Source: Candidatus Poribacteria bacterium
GTDB lineage: Bacteria; Poribacteria; WGA-4E; WGA-3G
DNA length: 64,000 nt
Direction of reading: 5' to 3'
NCBI GenBank assembly: GCA_965205025.1
Contig: CBDBFU010000003.1
Coordinates: forward strand, 1-64,000
The first letter of the stretch is position 1; every line of letters begins with the position of its first letter. The notes beneath the pieces were generated by a model. That model ran no database searches, was not told where the DNA came from, and was given only the letters and a program-made list of their open reading frames with translations. Below, piece after piece: positions 60,681-64,000 of this stretch. The position numbers were made by a program, and so were the translations under genes.

Positions 60681-61553
60681 ATGAATACACAAACAGACGT
60701 TCTCACACATAATTCTCAAGAGGTTATCATTCCTCATGAACACTTTGAATTACCTACGCACAACTCTGATGGTGATTCTATTCCCCCGTTGACACCAGAG
60801 CAGATCTATGAATTTGATACACATGGGTGGATACTATTTCCTGAAATCATCACAGGGGATGATCTCAAAGAAATGCAGGAGTTCGCATATCGTCTTCATC
60901 ACGATCCAGATTCGATCCCTGAACATGAAAGGAATACACTTGGTGGACCATTACAGAAATTGATTGACCACCCTCTTGTGGTGTCATTACTGAATGAATT
61001 CACTGCACATCCGTCTGTTACAAATTCACACTGCTACGGTTATACAGTAGAAAGTACAAATCTGTTCTATAGAACGGAGGGTATGGGAGGATTCGGTCCA
61101 CATAATGGGAACGGTATGCTACGTTTTCCTGGAGACGTCCATTATTATAATGCTTTTCCTGGAAAAGGATATAGTCCACATACCCGAATCGTATGGGAAT
61201 TGAATGAAGTAAAGAAGGGACAAGGTGGCACGCTATTGGTTACAGGTAGTCATAAATCTGTATACACCGCTCCTGCAGAAATCCAAAACCCAGATTCAGA
61301 CATTTGGACGACTTACGGATGTCCTCCAGGTACACTCATCATCTTTACTGAAGCATTAACACATAGCGCAAACCCTTGGACGAATACGGATAACGACAGA
61401 ATGGCTATTTTCAACCTGTATAGTCCAGTTGACAGCGGTTATGCAAGAGTCTATCAACCCCATCCAAAACTTCTCGAATCAATGACAGAGATGAGACGTA
61501 CCCTCTTTAGAAGTCGCTTTGTTGTTGACAATAGTGATAACTCAGATAGTTGA
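60681..61553 (+). CDS. PhyH-like Fe/2-oxoglutarate oxygenase with an HxG motif
   Basis: FDTHGW, PHNG, GSHKS, EALTHS and a downstream Arg (NDRMAIF). Confidence 0.85.
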   Translation: MNTQTDVLTHNSQEVIIPHEHFELPTHNSDGDSIPPLTPEQIYEFDTHGWILFPEIITGDDLKEMQEFAYRLHHDPDSIPEHERNTLGGPLQKLIDHPLVVSLLNEFTAHPSVTNSHCYGYTVESTNLFYRTEGMGGFGPHNGNGMLRFPGDVHYYNAFPGKGYSPHTRIVWELNEVKKGQGGTLLVTGSHKSVYTAPAEIQNPDSDIWTTYGCPPGTLIIFTEALTHSANPWTNTDNDRMAIFNLYSPVDSGYARVYQPHPKLLESMTEMRRTLFRSRFVVDNSDNSDS

Positions 61554-61574
61554 TTGAATTGAAAGGAGACCCAC

Positions 61575-62948
61575 TTGTCAAATCAACCTAACATATTATG
61601 GATATATGGAGAAGATCTATCTCCTGACTTAGGATGTTATGGTACACCCGCAGTGAGTACACCAAACATTGATAGGATTGCTGAAGAAGGTACACGTTTC
61701 CCAAACGCATTTGTAACATGTCCTGTATGTTCACCGAGTAGGTCAGCACTAATTACCGGGACCTACCAAACCCATTTTGACGCGCATAATCATCGTAGTA
61801 ATCGGGATAAACCTTTGCGCGAAGATATGAAATTGATTACCGATTACTTCCATGAAGCAGGATACTACACATGCAACAGTCCAGGTCCTCCGTATAATCG
61901 TAAAGGTAAAACTGATTTCAATTTCCATAGAGATAACCCATTCGATGGGATTGATTGGCGTGAACGGTCCGATGGTCAACCCTTTTATGCTCAAATAAAT
62001 ATACCAGATACCCATAGAGTTTTTAAACCTGATCCAGATAGACCAATCAATCCAGAGGATGTTGAGCTGCCTCCGTATTATCCGGATCATCCCTTGATTC
62101 GTAAGGATTGGGCACTCTATCTTGAAAGTATCCAGATTTTAGATAAGAAGATAGGGAAAATTCTGGACCGATTGGACGAAGAAGGTTTAACTGAGAATAC
62201 AATTCTCTTCTTCATGAGTGATCATGGACGCGCACATATACGTTGTAAGCAATTTCTCTATGATGGTGGTATTCATATACCATTAATTGTAAGATTTCCT
62301 GGACAGGTTCACGCGGGAGAAGTTAATGAAAAATTAGTGAGTGGTGTGGACTTTATGCCAACTTCACTGTCAATGGCTGGAATTGATATTCCTGATTATG
62401 TACAAGGTGAAGTGTTCCTTGGTGAAAATGCTACAGAACGAGAAGCAGTCTTTGCAGCACGAGACAGATGCGATGGCACTGATGACCGTATACGATGTGT
62501 TCGGACACACAATTACAAACTCATCCGAAATTATCATCCTGAACTCCCCTATATGCAGTTTAATGGATATAAGAAACTTCAATATCCTCTGTGGTCTTTA
62601 ATTAATGTTCTAAATGAGAAGGACGAACTCACAACAGCACAACAACATTTTTGTCAGGACACCCGTCCTTATGAAGAGTTGTATGATTTACAATCTGATC
62701 CGTATGAGACAAAAAATCTAATTGATGATGAAAAGTATGTTACAGTTAGAACGGATCTCACAGGAAAATTGGATACATGGATTGAAACTACTGGAGATAT
62801 GGGAGTTACACCTGAATCTGATGAAGTGAAAACCTACTGGGATGAACACATGCTGGAAGGTTATAATGACAGAATGGAAGATCGAGGTCTATCACCTGAC
62901 ATTAGTGATGAGGACTATGTGAAATGGTGGGAAAATAAACTGCTATAA
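61575..62948 (+). CDS. Formylglycine-dependent sulfatase
   Basis: CSPSRSALITG, SDHG and EELYDL..DPYE motifs; AAGGAG RBS. Confidence 0.94.
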   Translation: MSNQPNILWIYGEDLSPDLGCYGTPAVSTPNIDRIAEEGTRFPNAFVTCPVCSPSRSALITGTYQTHFDAHNHRSNRDKPLREDMKLITDYFHEAGYYTCNSPGPPYNRKGKTDFNFHRDNPFDGIDWRERSDGQPFYAQINIPDTHRVFKPDPDRPINPEDVELPPYYPDHPLIRKDWALYLESIQILDKKIGKILDRLDEEGLTENTILFFMSDHGRAHIRCKQFLYDGGIHIPLIVRFPGQVHAGEVNEKLVSGVDFMPTSLSMAGIDIPDYVQGEVFLGENATEREAVFAARDRCDGTDDRIRCVRTHNYKLIRNYHPELPYMQFNGYKKLQYPLWSLINVLNEKDELTTAQQHFCQDTRPYEELYDLQSDPYETKNLIDDEKYVTVRTDLTGKLDTWIETTGDMGVTPESDEVKTYWDEHMLEGYNDRMEDRGLSPDISDEDYVKWWENKLL

Positions 62949-62981
62949 AATCCTGCCTGTCCCAACTCTTTCCACCCCCTT

Positions 62982-63086
62982 GTAGGCGGGAATTCCGATT
63001 CCCAGCCATTCCATCCTTCCTTCTTCTGTGGGAGGGATTCCGATCCCCGATCTTCTCTTCTGTAGGAGCGACCTCCTGGTCGCTAC
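62982..63086 (+). repeat. Cluster of three GTAG-type REP hairpins
   Basis: Units at 62982, 63028 and 63062 between convergent genes. Confidence 0.75.
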
Positions 63087-63098
63087 ATGATTCACCTA

Positions 63099-64000
63099 TT
63101 ACCTACCGGTATATGCCTTCTTGAGTTCAGACCAACGCACCGATTTCTTGCCAGCAGGTGAAACCGACAACGCACCTTCATGCCAATCTGCCCCACTACC
63201 CTCAGCCAACTGTGTGAATATGTTTGAAGTTAGATCGTATTTATATATACGATATGTAGGTTTAGTATAGCGTCCGTTTACATATTCAAAAGCACTGAAG
63301 AGCACTGATCGTCCTTCATTCATCCAAGAAAGAGATGTACAAAACCAATTATCTGGAATATCCAATATCTGTTTCACATCATCCTCAATATTGTGTATGA
63401 TATACCGAAAATGTCCTATCCTCCAATGTTTGACTACTATGCCATTATTACCTTGCACTTCTTCGGGAATCAATTCTGACTCACAGTATAGTATCTGTTT
63501 TCCATCCGATGACCAGCGTGGGTAATAATGATACCGAGGACCTCTTTCAGGATCGGGTTTTGTCCATTGGCGTGGATTGTCTCCGTTGGTATCCATCATC
63601 CAAAGGTGCTTTTCAACAAATTTATGGTCATCATTGACATATATAATCGTTTTACCATCGGGTGACCAGTCAACCTGATTGATATGGGACCTTGATATTA
63701 GACTCAGTTCACCTGTATCTATGTCTATCACATAATGAGCGGATAGGCCTCGGGTGAAAACGATTTTCTTTCCATCAGGAGAAAACGAAAAGTCAATCAT
63801 TCCCATATCTATGTCCGTGACTTGTTGAATACCGGTACCGTCAGCATGCATGAGATAGACATTTGTGTCCCCTTTCTGGTCTGGTAACGTAGTGTTACGT
63901 GTAAATGCAATCCGTTTACCATTAGGTGACCAATACGGGATTCTGTCGTAATAAGGCGTGTCGGTGATTTGTTCCATGTTCTGACCGTCATCGTCCATAA
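63099..64000 (-). CDS. TolB-like/PD40 beta-propeller protein (5' end lies outside the window)
   Basis: WSPNGKRIAF, FSPDGKKIVF and WSPDGK repeats; C-terminal LSVSPAGKKSVRWSELKK motif. Confidence 0.88.
   Translation of the reverse strand, partial: MDDDGQNMEQITDTPYYDRIPYWSPNGKRIAFTRNTTLPDQKGDTNVYLMHADGTGIQQVTDIDMGMIDFSFSPDGKKIVFTRGLSAHYVIDIDTGELSLISRSHINQVDWSPDGKTIIYVNDDHKFVEKHLWMMDTNGDNPRQWTKPDPERGPRYHYYPRWSSDGKQILYCESELIPEEVQGNNGIVVKHWRIGHFRYIIHNIEDDVKQILDIPDNWFCTSLSWMNEGRSVLFSAFEYVNGRYTKPTYRIYKYDLTSNIFTQLAEGSGADWHEGALSVSPAGKKSVRWSELKKAYTGR

Overview
AT-rich bacterial chromosomal window. The gene mix points to Candidatus Poribacteria, a sponge-associated lineage, but this is an inference from gene content only: an internalin-like LRR protein, tandem DUF1501 genes, PhyH-like dioxygenases, a sulfatase, a TolB-like protein ending in 'SVSPAGKKSVRWSELKK', and TPR/WD40 genes. 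Scattered housekeeping genes are murB, folB, waaA, trxA, argS, mtnP and trpA. There is an expanded phosphate-uptake locus (metallophosphoesterase, pstS-C-A, K+ channel, degenerate pore-only paralog, pstB, pstB, pstA-like, pstB, phoU), two pentapeptide-repeat K+ channels, MscS, an SLC12-like cotransporter, a zeta-toxin-like pair, an Rpn nuclease with an internal start and several pseudogenes. The most striking non-coding feature is a nested system of GTAG-type REP hairpins and at least four small inverted-repeat (MITE-like) families. One ~113-bp element sits in the loop of two different REP hairpins and carries a REP itself. Another disrupts a gene with a 6-bp target duplication. No rRNA, tRNA or CRISPR array was recognised.
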